DNA from: Armatimonadota bacterium | GTDB lineage: Bacteria > Armatimonadota > UBA10988 | Reading direction: 5' to 3' | Assembly (NCBI GenBank): GCA_016235455.1 | Contig: JACRKZ010000037.1 | Coordinates: forward strand, 1 to 55,123 | DNA length: 55,123 nucleotides | Shown here: in pieces, positions 19,426 to 28,868 of the stretch | Position numbering within the stretch: the first letter of the stretch is position 1 | Layout of the letters: each line of letters starts with the position of its first letter | Position numbers and translations under genes: made by a program | The notes under the pieces: generated by a model | Databases searched by the model: none | Seen by the model: the letters and a program-made list of their open reading frames with translations, nothing else | Told to the model about the DNA's origin: nothing

Positions 19426-20673
19426 TCAGCTCAGGTCGATGACCTGGCCGCTGGCCGCGCGCGCGCGCTGGGCCAGTTCGGCGTTGCGCTGCCCCAGGAT
19501 GATCACCTCGCCATGCGCCACGACGGCATCCAGATCGTCACTCAGCAGCGCGCTCAGGTGCGGCAGCCGCTGGTCCACATAGGCTCGGTTGGCACCTACC
19601 AGCCGCGTCAGCGACACGTTCTCGTCGTAGATGCGCAGCTCGCAGCCCTTGCCCAGCAGCGCCTCCGCCAGAGTCACCAGCGGGCTCTCGCGCAGGTCGT
19701 CGGTACCTGACTTGAAGGCCAGGCCGAGCATCGCCACACGCCGGCAACCCGTGGCCAGCACGGCTTCCACGGCGCGTTCGACGATGACGCGATTGCTGGG
19801 CAGCACCGATGACAGCAGCGGCGTCTCAACATCCAGCTCGCGTGCGCGGTAGGTCAGCGCGCGCAGGTCCTTGGGCAGACAGGACCCGCCGAACGCGAAG
19901 CCCGGCATGAGGTAGCGCGCGGAGATGTTGAGCTTCTCGTCACGGGCGAACAGCCTCATCACCTCGCCGCCGTCCACGCCCAGCGCCGCGGCCACGGAGC
20001 CCACCTCGTTGGCGAATGCCACCTTCACCGCGTGCCACGAGTTGCTCACGTATTTGAGCAGTTCAGCGTTCTCCAGCGCGCAGTGCACCACATCACCCGA
20101 TACGCTGCCGTAGAGCGGCGCGACGGCTTTGGCCGTCGCCTCGTCGTCGGCACCGAGGATGGTGAACGGCGGGTCGTCGAAGTCGCGGATGGAACTGCCC
20201 TCGCGCAGGAACTCGGGGTTGAAGCAGACGGGTACCGCCCACCCCGCCTCGCGCGCCAGCGACGGCGCCAGCAGGCCGCGCGTGGTGCCCGGCAGCACGG
20301 TGCTGCGCAACACGACCACATGGCCCGCGCCGGCCTTGCCGGCCAGCGCACGGCCCAGGTCGGCGGCAACGCGTTCCACGGCCGTCAGGTCGAGGCTGCC
20401 GTTGGCGCGACTGGGCGTGCCGACGCTGATCAGCGATATCTCGCTGTCGGCCACGGCGGCGGCGGCATCGGTGGTGGCCGTCAGTCGGCCCGACCCGACA
20501 CCGGCGACGATGAGGGCGTCGAGCCCTTCCTCGATAACCGGCGCGCGGCCAGCGCGGATCTGCGCCACCTTGTCGGCGTTGGCGTCGACGCCGATGACCT
20601 GATGACCATCGCGCGCCAGACACGCCGAGGCCACCGCACCCACGTAGCCCAGGCCAAAGACGCTCACCCGCAT
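19426..20673 (-). CDS. GDP-mannose/UDP-glucose 6-dehydrogenase
   Basis: GLGYVG, VGTP, NPEFLREG, FGGSCLPKD, GLAFKSGTDDLRESP. Confidence 0.95.
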   Translation of the reverse strand: MRVSVFGLGYVGAVASACLARDGHQVIGVDANADKVAQIRAGRAPVIEEGLDALIVAGVGSGRLTATTDAAAAVADSEISLISVGTPSRANGSLDLTAVERVAADLGRALAGKAGAGHVVVLRSTVLPGTTRGLLAPSLAREAGWAVPVCFNPEFLREGSSIRDFDDPPFTILGADDEATAKAVAPLYGSVSGDVVHCALENAELLKYVSNSWHAVKVAFANEVGSVAAALGVDGGEVMRLFARDEKLNISARYLMPGFAFGGSCLPKDLRALTYRARELDVETPLLSSVLPSNRVIVERAVEAVLATGCRRVAMLGLAFKSGTDDLRESPLVTLAEALLGKGCELRIYDENVSLTRLVGANRAYVDQRLPHLSALLSDDLDAVVAHGEVIILGQRNAELAQRARAASGQVIDLS

Positions 20674-21847
20674 GACGCCACCGCCTTGTCACAGGCCTCG
20701 ATGAACACTTGCGCCGCCTTGTCCCACGAGTAGTCGGCAATCATCTTGGCGCGTCCGGCCGCGCCCAGCCGGGCTCGCAAGCCGTCGTCGCTCAGCAGCC
20801 GCACCACGGCCGCGGCGAAGGTCTCGGCATCATCGGCCAGCAGCAAGTCGCCGTCGTGCTCCACGGGCAAGCCTTCGGCGCCCAGTGTGGTGCTCACGAT
20901 GCCGCAGCCCATGGCCATGGCCTCGAAGATCTTGATGCGCGTGCCGCCGCCGATGCGCAGCGGCACAACTACTGCCTCGGCCTCGCGCACATACGGCTTG
21001 ACGTCGGCCACGCTGCCAGTGACCACCGCACCTTGGGCGTCGGATTGCGGCCGACGATGCTCAGCGTGACCTCGGGTCGGCTGGCTCGAATGCGTGGTAG
21101 CACCTCGCCCACGAACCAGGCCATACCATCTTCGTTGGGCAGCCAATCCATGGAGCCGGTGAAGACCAGCCGGCCCGGGATGGGCGGCTCCGTGGCCGGA
21201 ACGAAGGCATCGGTGTCGACGCCCAGCGGCACGGCGGTGGTGTGCGTCACGCCGTACTCACTCGCCATCAGGGCGTTGTCGGCCTCGGAGACGGTGACGA
21301 CATGGTCGAACCGCTTCATGGCCGAGCCCTCATAGGCCTTGAGTTTGCGCCATTGCGAGCCCCAGAAGGCACGAGCCAGCGGATTGGCCGCCTTCTCGTA
21401 GTGCCGCTGGCCGATCTGTGCCTCGACATTGTGCTGAAACAGCACCTTGGGCCGGAACGGTAGATCGAGCACGTTGAGGCTGGGCTGGAGGAAATCGCAG
21501 ACGACGACATCGGGGCGCAACTGCTCGACCAGTTCGGCCACGCGCCGGGCCAGCGCCGGATGGTGGTAGCGGGCCACCATGTAGGGGTATGGCTGGACCT
21601 GATTGCGCAGCAGGTCCAGCCAGAATCGCGGAGAGCGTTTGGTCACCTCGCGCCAGGGCACCAGGTCGAGCCGGCGACAGACGCGGCCCATCTGGTTGAC
21701 CTGCTCGTCGGTGTCCGTGGGCCGCGCCAAGCCCACGACAGTGACGTCATGCTCCCGAGCCACGCGCTCGAACATCGACGAACTGCGTATCTTCCCGCCT
21801 GTGTCGGCCGGGTAGAGCAGTTGGTTGAGTACGAGCAGCAGCTTCAT
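20664..21847 (-). pseudogene. GT4-family glycosyltransferase split by a frameshift near 21027
   Basis: N-terminal part (GGKIR...FTGSMDWLPN...IVGRNP) and C-terminal part (VTGSVADV...GGGTRIKIFEAMA) lie in different frames. Confidence 0.85.
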
Positions 21848-21862
21848 CGGCCCGCCCACTGA

Positions 21863-22924
21863 CTAGGGGGTGAAGTCCACCTCGGGCGTTACGCGTTTGG
21901 TGAACGCGGCCAGCAGCCGAGCGCAGCAGTCCAGGTCCTCCAGGCTGACCACTTCCACCGGCGAGTGCATGTAGCGGTTGGGGATGCTAATGAGCCCCGT
22001 GGCCACGCCGCCGCGGCTGAGCTGGATGGCGTTGGCGTCGGTGCCGGTGCCACGCGGGGCCGCCTGGATCTGGTACGGAATGCCCTCGGCCTCGGCCGCC
22101 GCGACCATGAGGTCGAAGACCACCGGGTTGATGTTCGGTCCGCGAGTGATCACCGCACCGCTGCCGCACTTGATCTCGCCGGTCTGCGCCGCGTTCATGT
22201 CGGGATGGTCCGTGGCCCAGGTCACATCGGCCGCCACCGCCACCGTCGGGTTGACGTTGTAGGCGCTGGTGATCGCACCGCGCAGGCCTATCTCCTCCTG
22301 CACCGTGGACACCGAGTAGACGCCGCAACGCACGTTGCCCGCATCCTCGGCCAGCAGGCGCAGGGCCTCCATGCACACGTAGACGCCCACCTTGTCATCC
22401 ATGGCCGGCGCGGCCAGCAGACCGCCGCCCAGCTCGATGATGTCCAGTCTCCAACTGATCGGGTCGCCGATGCGTACCTTGGCCTTCACGTCCTCGGCGC
22501 CATAGCCGGTGTCGATCCACATCTGGTACAACTCGGGGATCTTCTTGCGGTCGTCGGCCGAGAGCAGATGCGTCGGTTTGCGCGCCACAACGCCGGGGAT
22601 GGGGCCGTCCTTGGTGTAGACCACCACCGACTGGCCCAGCACGATCTGGTTGTCGTGGCCGCCGACGCCCGAGAAGCGCAGCAGGCCGCTGTCCTCGATG
22701 TGCTGCACCATGAAGCCGATTTGGTCACAGTGCCCGGCGAACTGCACGCGCGGGGTCAGGTCGCCGTGCAGCACGGCGGTCACGTTGCCGTGCAGGTCGG
22801 TCTCGATGCGCTCGGCGAACGCACCAGCGTACTCCCTGACCACGGCCTGCACCGGCTGCTCGAAGCCCGACACGCTCGGCGCGCCCAACAGGGCGTTGAG
22901 GAAAGCTCGCGAACCGTCTCGCAT
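21863..22924 (-). CDS. M42 family metallo-aminopeptidase
   Basis: SVSGFE, GHCDQIG, MDDK, QEEIGLRGA, GTDA, RYMHSPVE. Confidence 0.95.
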   Translation of the reverse strand: MRDGSRAFLNALLGAPSVSGFEQPVQAVVREYAGAFAERIETDLHGNVTAVLHGDLTPRVQFAGHCDQIGFMVQHIEDSGLLRFSGVGGHDNQIVLGQSVVVYTKDGPIPGVVARKPTHLLSADDRKKIPELYQMWIDTGYGAEDVKAKVRIGDPISWRLDIIELGGGLLAAPAMDDKVGVYVCMEALRLLAEDAGNVRCGVYSVSTVQEEIGLRGAITSAYNVNPTVAVAADVTWATDHPDMNAAQTGEIKCGSGAVITRGPNINPVVFDLMVAAAEAEGIPYQIQAAPRGTGTDANAIQLSRGGVATGLISIPNRYMHSPVEVVSLEDLDCCARLLAAFTKRVTPEVDFTP

Positions 22925-22956
22925 CGTTCTGTGTCTCCTGCCTTACAAAGCCAAGA

Positions 22957-22986
22957 GGGTTGCCCGGCCGGCCGGCCGGACAACCC
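22957..22986 (-). terminator. intergenic hairpin downstream of the Fn3 gene
   Basis: GGGTTGCCCGGCCG/CGGCCGGACAACCC inverted repeat. Confidence 0.4.
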
Positions 22987-23008
22987 CGTTGGTAAGCCGC
23001 GAGCCGCC

Positions 23009-26000
23009 CTAGTTGGTCGGCACCACGATCAGGCCCGGCGGGTCGACGAACACGCGCCGCGCCTCGGTCTGGTTGAGGATGCGGTTCTGGTCGTCGACGG
23101 CCACCACGCGCCAGTACAGCGTCTGCATATCGGCCGTGCCGTTGTCGGTCCAGACGAAGCCGGTAGGCGCGTCGGAGCCGAGCGTGACGGTGGTCGACGG
23201 CAGGTCGCTCTGGGCGATCAGCTTGTTGCCGCCTTCGAGCAGGTTGTGCAGCGCCGAGTCGTAGCCGATCTCGAACACGTACCGCACCGCCGACGGCACC
23301 TTGATCCAGCCGAACTCGATGACCGACGTCCAGGCCTGCCCGGCGTTGGTGACCAGGCCGCTGAACGACTGGTTGTTCTGCGGGGTGATGACCTGCACCA
23401 CACCCACACCGGCCACGCCGTCCGCGGTCACCGACGGCACGCTTTGCACGTTGGCCGCCGAAATGGCGACCAAGCGGTAGAAGTAGCGCGTGCCCAGCGT
23501 CACGTTGACGTCCGGGTAGATCAGTTGCGCCGCGCTCGCCGGCGTCGTCACCGTGGGACCGGTGACGATGGCGATCTCGGTGAACTGACCCTCGGCCGTG
23601 TTCGCGCGCCGCTGGATGCTGTAGCGCTGAGCCGTCACCACGCCGGCCTGGCCCAGACCCGGGTCCGGGTTCCAGCGCAGTACGACGCGGTCCGTCTCGC
23701 CGGTCACGGTCAGACCGGTCGGGATGCTCGGCGCCACGCCGCTGGCGACGATGTCGATGGTCACGGTGGCAGCATCGACGCCCGGCCGATACGAAGCCGT
23801 ACCGGTGTAGCGCGTGCCGTTGATGTCGTTGAACGTCGCGCCCAGCGTGTAGGCCGAGCCGTCGCTCTTCGGCACCATGATCACCTGCGCCGGCGTCAGG
23901 TCGCTCTGCTCCACCCCATCGATGGACAACTTGGCGCCGTTGAACGGCGTGCCGCCTTGGGTGGTGAGCACGGTTGTAGCGTAGCGTGCCACGGTGCCCT
24001 GGGTGAAGCTCGACGTCTGGCCGAAGCGCAGCGCCTGCAGGTTGGTGTCATAGACACCGACGCGCAGGTAGTAGGTCGTGCCCGACGTCAACGCCGGCAA
24101 CGCCACCGGGTAGATCATGTCGGTCGAGGTCGACGTGGTCTGCGCCAGGTTCTGGGTGAAGTTGGCGTCGGTCGCCACCTGCACCGTGTACTCGGTCGCA
24201 CCGCTCACGCCGCGCCAGGTCAGCTGCGGCCGGTCGGCGTCGATGGTCGAGCCGTTCGGCGGCTGAACCACCTGCAGTTCCTGCGGCGGCGAGGTGCTGG
24301 GCGTCGCCGTCACGGCGTCGCTCAAGGCACTGGTCAGTCCGCCGCGCGCCACGCTGTTGACCAGGGTGGTCATCTGCACCGCGCGGATGCGGTAGTAGAC
24401 CGACACACCATTGGTGATGCCCGTGTCGACCACGCTGACGTCGCCAGGCCCAGCCGAGAGCTTCTGGCTGGCGGGCGAGCCGTCATCGGTGACCAGGTTG
24501 GAGGTCACGTCGACGAAGTTGCCGTTGGCCGAGGTGGCGCGGAAGACCTGGTAGCCGGCCAGGTCGGACTCAGTGTTGGCGGTCCAGGTCAGGGTGACCT
24601 GCCCGTTGCCGGGCGTGGCGGCCAGGTTGGTCGGCACCGCCGGCGGCCGGGTGGCCAACGGGGTGACCCGCACGTAGCTGGTCGACTGCGCCTGCACCAG
24701 CGGCGTGATCTGCCCGCGGCCGTCCTCACTGAGCACCACATACTGGTACTCAGTACCGTTGCTCACGCCCGAGTCGCTGAAGCTGAGCACCGTCGGCCCC
24801 ACTTTGGTCAGCTCGGAGAAGCCGGCCAGCGAGGCGTCGGTCTGCCGCGTCAAGCCTAGGTCGCGCGAGGAGCGAGCCGTGCGCGGCACGCGGCGACCCT
24901 CGGAGCGCAACCAGGCGCTGCTACCGCCGCTGGGCTGCGAGAGCCGGCCCGGCGTGACGCTGTTGGCGGCGCGCGGGGTCAGCAGGCGGCGCATCACATG
25001 GTAGTACGCCGCGCCCGTGACCGGCGTCCACTGCACTTCCACATTGGCGTTGCCGGCCAGCGCCGTCACGGTGTCCGGCGAGCGCAGCACGCCACCGGTG
25101 TTGCCGCCGCTGCCCGCCTGGTTGACGAGCAAGGTGTAGGTGGCCGAGGGGTAGCTCTTCTGCCCCGATACCGCCACCACGCGCCAGTAGTATGTGCCGC
25201 CACTGAGGAAGGCGGAGGTCGTATCGGGCGTGTAGGTGTAGGTGCTCTTGGGCGCGTTGGCATCGCCCGAGGTCGTCGAACTCGTCGACGACGCCTGGGT
25301 GCTGCCGGCTACGGTCTTGATGATCTGCACGTTCTGGAACTGCGGATCGCTGGCCACTTGCAGCATGTGCTGGTCGGTGTAGATGGTCGTCGTCGAGACG
25401 AAGGAGAAGGGCGTGGTCAGCTTGCTCGAGCTGTCGACGGTCACGGTCGCGTTGTTGACCGGCGCCACCAGCTTGGGTGTGCGCGCGTCGGCGCGAATAT
25501 CTTTGCTGTTGCTCAGCAGGAACCAGCCGGCGGCTACGGCGGCGACACCCGCCAGCACGCCGATGACGGTCGTGCCGAGCCCGGAATCGTGGCCCTTGAC
25601 CTTGGGCGGAATGGGCTGGCCCGTACCGGGATCGTAGTCGGCGCGCCCGGTGCCCGGTGTCATCGTGGCTTCGCGGTAGACGATCACGACATCGTTGACG
25701 CCCGGCGTCGTGTCCGGCCGGTCGCGCTCGACGATCTCGCACAGGGCCTCGGCCATGCTGACCGTCTTGACCTTGAGCGTGGCGATCTTGAGGCCATTGC
25801 GCAGCACGCTGAGCAGCGTGCCGGGCCGCAGATAGTCGCGCTGGTCCACCTGCACGCGCAGCGTGCTGAAGTCGACCGTGGACAGAACCCGCCCGCGCAA
25901 CGACAGCTGGGTGGCGACGTCCTTGGCAATCTGAAGCGCGTTCTGTTCGAGCGCGTCATCGATGAGTAGCGGCTCGCTGTTGGCGCGGTCGAGGTTGAGC

Positions 26001-26503
26001 GCGGTGATCTCGGTCTCGCAGACGAACGCCTCGGCGGCGCGACCAAACACCTTGGTGCTGGTGCGCACGACAGCCATCTTCTGCGCCACGTCGGCCTCGA
26101 CGCTGTCGATGGCGGCCATCACCATGTAGTCCGCACCGAGCGCCTGGGCGATCTTGAGCAGCCCGCCATCGCGCGCATCGGCCCGCAACGGCAGGCGTGC
26201 GCCGACGGTGGTGACCGCCTTGTCCACCGCATCCTGGCCCAGGACCCGGAAGCGCTTGGAGGCCGTGAAGCGCTCATTGAGCGCGGCGGCCGCCCGACTG
26301 CCCAGGTTCTGGATGCTGGAGCCGCTCTGGTTGGTCACCTGCAGCACGGCCAGCGTCGGTCCGCTCGCCACGTCGGCGGCCGGCGCCGCCTTGGGCGCTG
26401 ACGGCTGCGCGGCTGCGGGCGCCGCGATCAGCGTGCACCACAGTGCCGCCGTGACCATCCACGCCACGGATCGCACCCACGGAGCGTGTCGAAACGTCCT
26501 CAT
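23009..26503 (-). CDS. secreted multidomain protein: CsgG/FlgT-like N-terminus, internal hydrophobic helix, fibronectin type III repeats, PEGA-like domain
   Basis: Signal peptide; LAVL...RFRVL...IAQALGADY; PTNLAATPGNGQVTLTW...GYQVFR; YYWRVVAV repeats. Confidence 0.8.
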   Translation of the reverse strand: MRTFRHAPWVRSVAWMVTAALWCTLIAAPAAAQPSAPKAAPAADVASGPTLAVLQVTNQSGSSIQNLGSRAAAALNERFTASKRFRVLGQDAVDKAVTTVGARLPLRADARDGGLLKIAQALGADYMVMAAIDSVEADVAQKMAVVRTSTKVFGRAAEAFVCETEITALNLDRANSEPLLIDDALEQNALQIAKDVATQLSLRGRVLSTVDFSTLRVQVDQRDYLRPGTLLSVLRNGLKIATLKVKTVSMAEALCEIVERDRPDTTPGVNDVVIVYREATMTPGTGRADYDPGTGQPIPPKVKGHDSGLGTTVIGVLAGVAAVAAGWFLLSNSKDIRADARTPKLVAPVNNATVTVDSSSKLTTPFSFVSTTTIYTDQHMLQVASDPQFQNVQIIKTVAGSTQASSTSSTTSGDANAPKSTYTYTPDTTSAFLSGGTYYWRVVAVSGQKSYPSATYTLLVNQAGSGGNTGGVLRSPDTVTALAGNANVEVQWTPVTGAAYYHVMRRLLTPRAANSVTPGRLSQPSGGSSAWLRSEGRRVPRTARSSRDLGLTRQTDASLAGFSELTKVGPTVLSFSDSGVSNGTEYQYVVLSEDGRGQITPLVQAQSTSYVRVTPLATRPPAVPTNLAATPGNGQVTLTWTANTESDLAGYQVFRATSANGNFVDVTSNLVTDDGSPASQKLSAGPGDVSVVDTGITNGVSVYYRIRAVQMTTLVNSVARGGLTSALSDAVTATPSTSPPQELQVVQPPNGSTIDADRPQLTWRGVSGATEYTVQVATDANFTQNLAQTTSTSTDMIYPVALPALTSGTTYYLRVGVYDTNLQALRFGQTSSFTQGTVARYATTVLTTQGGTPFNGAKLSIDGVEQSDLTPAQVIMVPKSDGSAYTLGATFNDINGTRYTGTASYRPGVDAATVTIDIVASGVAPSIPTGLTVTGETDRVVLRWNPDPGLGQAGVVTAQRYSIQRRANTAEGQFTEIAIVTGPTVTTPASAAQLIYPDVNVTLGTRYFYRLVAISAANVQSVPSVTADGVAGVGVVQVITPQNNQSFSGLVTNAGQAWTSVIEFGWIKVPSAVRYVFEIGYDSALHNLLEGGNKLIAQSDLPSTTVTLGSDAPTGFVWTDNGTADMQTLYWRVVAVDDQNRILNQTEARRVFVDPPGLIVVPTN

Positions 26504-26665
26504 GCTCGGCCTCTACTTTCCTCAGTTCGCTACCCGAGCGCAGTATAGCACCACGCTACGGGGTCGCGCCACCGCGTGGGCAGCCCGTCGGCCTGCCCAC
26601 CGCCCTGCGCGGATCGCGCGCCGTCGCAACCGCGACATGACGCGCCTACCCCAGTTGTCGGACAA

Positions 26666-28732
26666 TCAGCGAGGCGTCGGGTTCTCGGCTGTGCGTCGAT
26701 ACACGCTGACCCCGCCTCGCCCGGAAAACCATACCGCCGTGCGCGTGGGCACAATCTCCCGCACGCCCGGCACCAGACCCGTGCGCCGCGGATAGACGCG
26801 CCACACGGGTTCTGCCTCCCGCAGCTCCAGCCGCGCGATATGCCGGCTGGACGCCATCCATACATAGTACGGTTCAAACGGATCCGTGGCTAGTGCCGTG
26901 CACGGCTCGTCCTGCAACTCTTCCGGCCAGCGCAACGTGTCCCAGGTCGCCGAGCGCCGGTCGAACCGGCACAACGCCGCATCGGCGGCCACCCACACGG
27001 CCGTGGGTCCGACGCTGACCCGGCGCGGCTCGCCCAGATCCCGCACGTTGTCAGTATTCCACACAGACAGCGAGCTGTCCTGCTTGCGGAATTGGCAGAC
27101 CGAGTCCAGGGTCACGAACCAGGCGCACTCCACGTCGACGGCCAGGTCGCGGATCAGGCGGCCCTCACGCTCGGCCTTGGTGGCATCGCGCGGCAGCAGC
27201 CAGTCGCCGCCCATGGCCTGCATGTGGTTGCTCTGCCGATCATGGCGCACGGCGCCGTGGGCCGTCACGATCCACATGTCGCCGTTGGTGGTGTCCGGCA
27301 CCAGTCGCGGCCAGGTGCGCTCGTCCAGGCTGGCGTCGTCGGCGATCTGCACCGCCCAGCGTACATCCAACTGCGGCGACGTATGCACCACGCGCTTGGG
27401 CCCGACGAACCACACGCCCCGTTCGGTGGCGGCCACGCCCGTCCAATCGTCACCGCGGAGCTGCTCGTTGTCCTGAGCGAAGGCCGTGCTCCAGACATCC
27501 TCGCGCGTGTCGTACATGGCCAGACCATCGGCCCCGGCCAGATACACATAGCGATCGCGCACGGCCAGGTCGCGGATGTGGGTCGGCTTGCCATCGCGCG
27601 GCGCGAGGCGGTCCCAGCGCTCGGTAGCCAGGTTGTAGCGCGCCAGGCCGGCCTCGCGGAAACCGACGTAGCCAGCCTCCTGACCCGCCGCCAGGGCCGT
27701 CACATCGCCGCTGGGCAAGGCTTCGCGCGGCTGATAGACCTGCCACGTATCATTGAGCGCGCGGTACTCCTGCACGCCGTCGTGCGCGGTGGCGGCCCAC
27801 AGCGAGCCACCTGCCGAGGTCAGCCCGGTCACCGTCCACGGCCCGCGCCGGAAGAACGTCCATTTGCCGCCGCCCTCGGTCTCGGCGCGCAGCAGCCCGG
27901 AGTCGCCGGCCACCCACAGGCTGCCGTCAGCGGTGAGCAGCAGACGGTCGACGCGCGTCATGCCGTACTGTCGACCCAGGCTGGGATAGGTGGCCAACTG
28001 GCCGCTGGCCCGATCGATGCGGGCCAGGCCGTTGCCGCCGCCCGCCAGCCACACATGCCTGGCCGACAGCGCCACGTCGGAGACGGCGTCAACCAGAACC
28101 TCGGAGCGTTCGGTCGCCGACTGGATCGGCCCCCAGGACTCCGTCTGGCGATCGAACTTGGCGAGGCCCCGCTCCGTACCGGCCCACACCGCTTGCGAGT
28201 CGGCGGCCAGGCACAGGACGCGGGCGCTGGGCAGGCCATCCGCCTCGGACCACGAGCGCCACTCCTGGCGCATGGGACTGAAGCGGGCCACGCCGCCGCC
28301 CAGCGTGGCGGCCCACACGTCGGTGCCATCCCAGATCAGCCGGGTCGGGTCGTAGGCGGGGAACTTGGCCGCCTGGCCGTAATGGGTCCAGGTGGCGGTC
28401 TCGAGGTCGTAGCGGCCCACGGTGCCGCCGGCGGCGCCGGCCCACAGGCACTTGCTGCCGAAGGCGGCGGCGGTGATGATGGGCCCGGGCAGGTCGTCCT
28501 CAATGGTCAGTTCGGTGATCTTGACGCCGTCACCGTTGGGCGAGTACGTGCGCAGCCCGGCCCCGGTGCCGATCCAGGCCTCGTCGCCCTGGCCGACCGC
28601 CGCGTAGCAGTCGCCGCCGTAGTAGAAGCTCTGCCACGGCCGGCTTACCGCGCCGGCGCCGGTGCTCGCGACGATCGCCGCCGCCATCGCCGCCGCCGCC
28701 AGACGCCCCCATCGCCCGCCTGCCAACCGCAT
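26666..28732 (-). CDS. secreted beta-propeller protein (two-component regulator propeller-like repeats)
   Basis: Signal peptide; repeated W-x-G/A-T-x-x-G-L-x-x-[FY]D and DGLPS blades. Confidence 0.8.
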   Translation of the reverse strand: MRLAGGRWGRLAAAAMAAAIVASTGAGAVSRPWQSFYYGGDCYAAVGQGDEAWIGTGAGLRTYSPNGDGVKITELTIEDDLPGPIITAAAFGSKCLWAGAAGGTVGRYDLETATWTHYGQAAKFPAYDPTRLIWDGTDVWAATLGGGVARFSPMRQEWRSWSEADGLPSARVLCLAADSQAVWAGTERGLAKFDRQTESWGPIQSATERSEVLVDAVSDVALSARHVWLAGGGNGLARIDRASGQLATYPSLGRQYGMTRVDRLLLTADGSLWVAGDSGLLRAETEGGGKWTFFRRGPWTVTGLTSAGGSLWAATAHDGVQEYRALNDTWQVYQPREALPSGDVTALAAGQEAGYVGFREAGLARYNLATERWDRLAPRDGKPTHIRDLAVRDRYVYLAGADGLAMYDTREDVWSTAFAQDNEQLRGDDWTGVAATERGVWFVGPKRVVHTSPQLDVRWAVQIADDASLDERTWPRLVPDTTNGDMWIVTAHGAVRHDRQSNHMQAMGGDWLLPRDATKAEREGRLIRDLAVDVECAWFVTLDSVCQFRKQDSSLSVWNTDNVRDLGEPRRVSVGPTAVWVAADAALCRFDRRSATWDTLRWPEELQDEPCTALATDPFEPYYVWMASSRHIARLELREAEPVWRVYPRRTGLVPGVREIVPTRTAVWFSGRGGVSVYRRTAENPTPR

Positions 28733-28868
28733 TCCTTACCACCCGCTCGGTCTGTTCAAGGCCGGCCGCCCGCCTCTATAACCGGACCGGGGCTGACCGC
28801 TCCTCGCGCCGTTGCGATGCGGTGCGAGCGCGACCAACCCCGGTGCCTGCGATCTGTTCGCGCCGCCC

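Noticed and set aside
21020-21040. Programmed frameshift or phase variation in the glycosyltransferase
   Set aside because: No slippery heptamer or simple-sequence tract, and residues appear to be missing.
21965-24859. Long antisense ORFs, such as the 964-aa one here and 28812-31664, 1916-4111, 9100-11406
   Set aside because: Shadow ORFs opposite well-supported genes, expected in high-GC DNA; no recognisable motifs.
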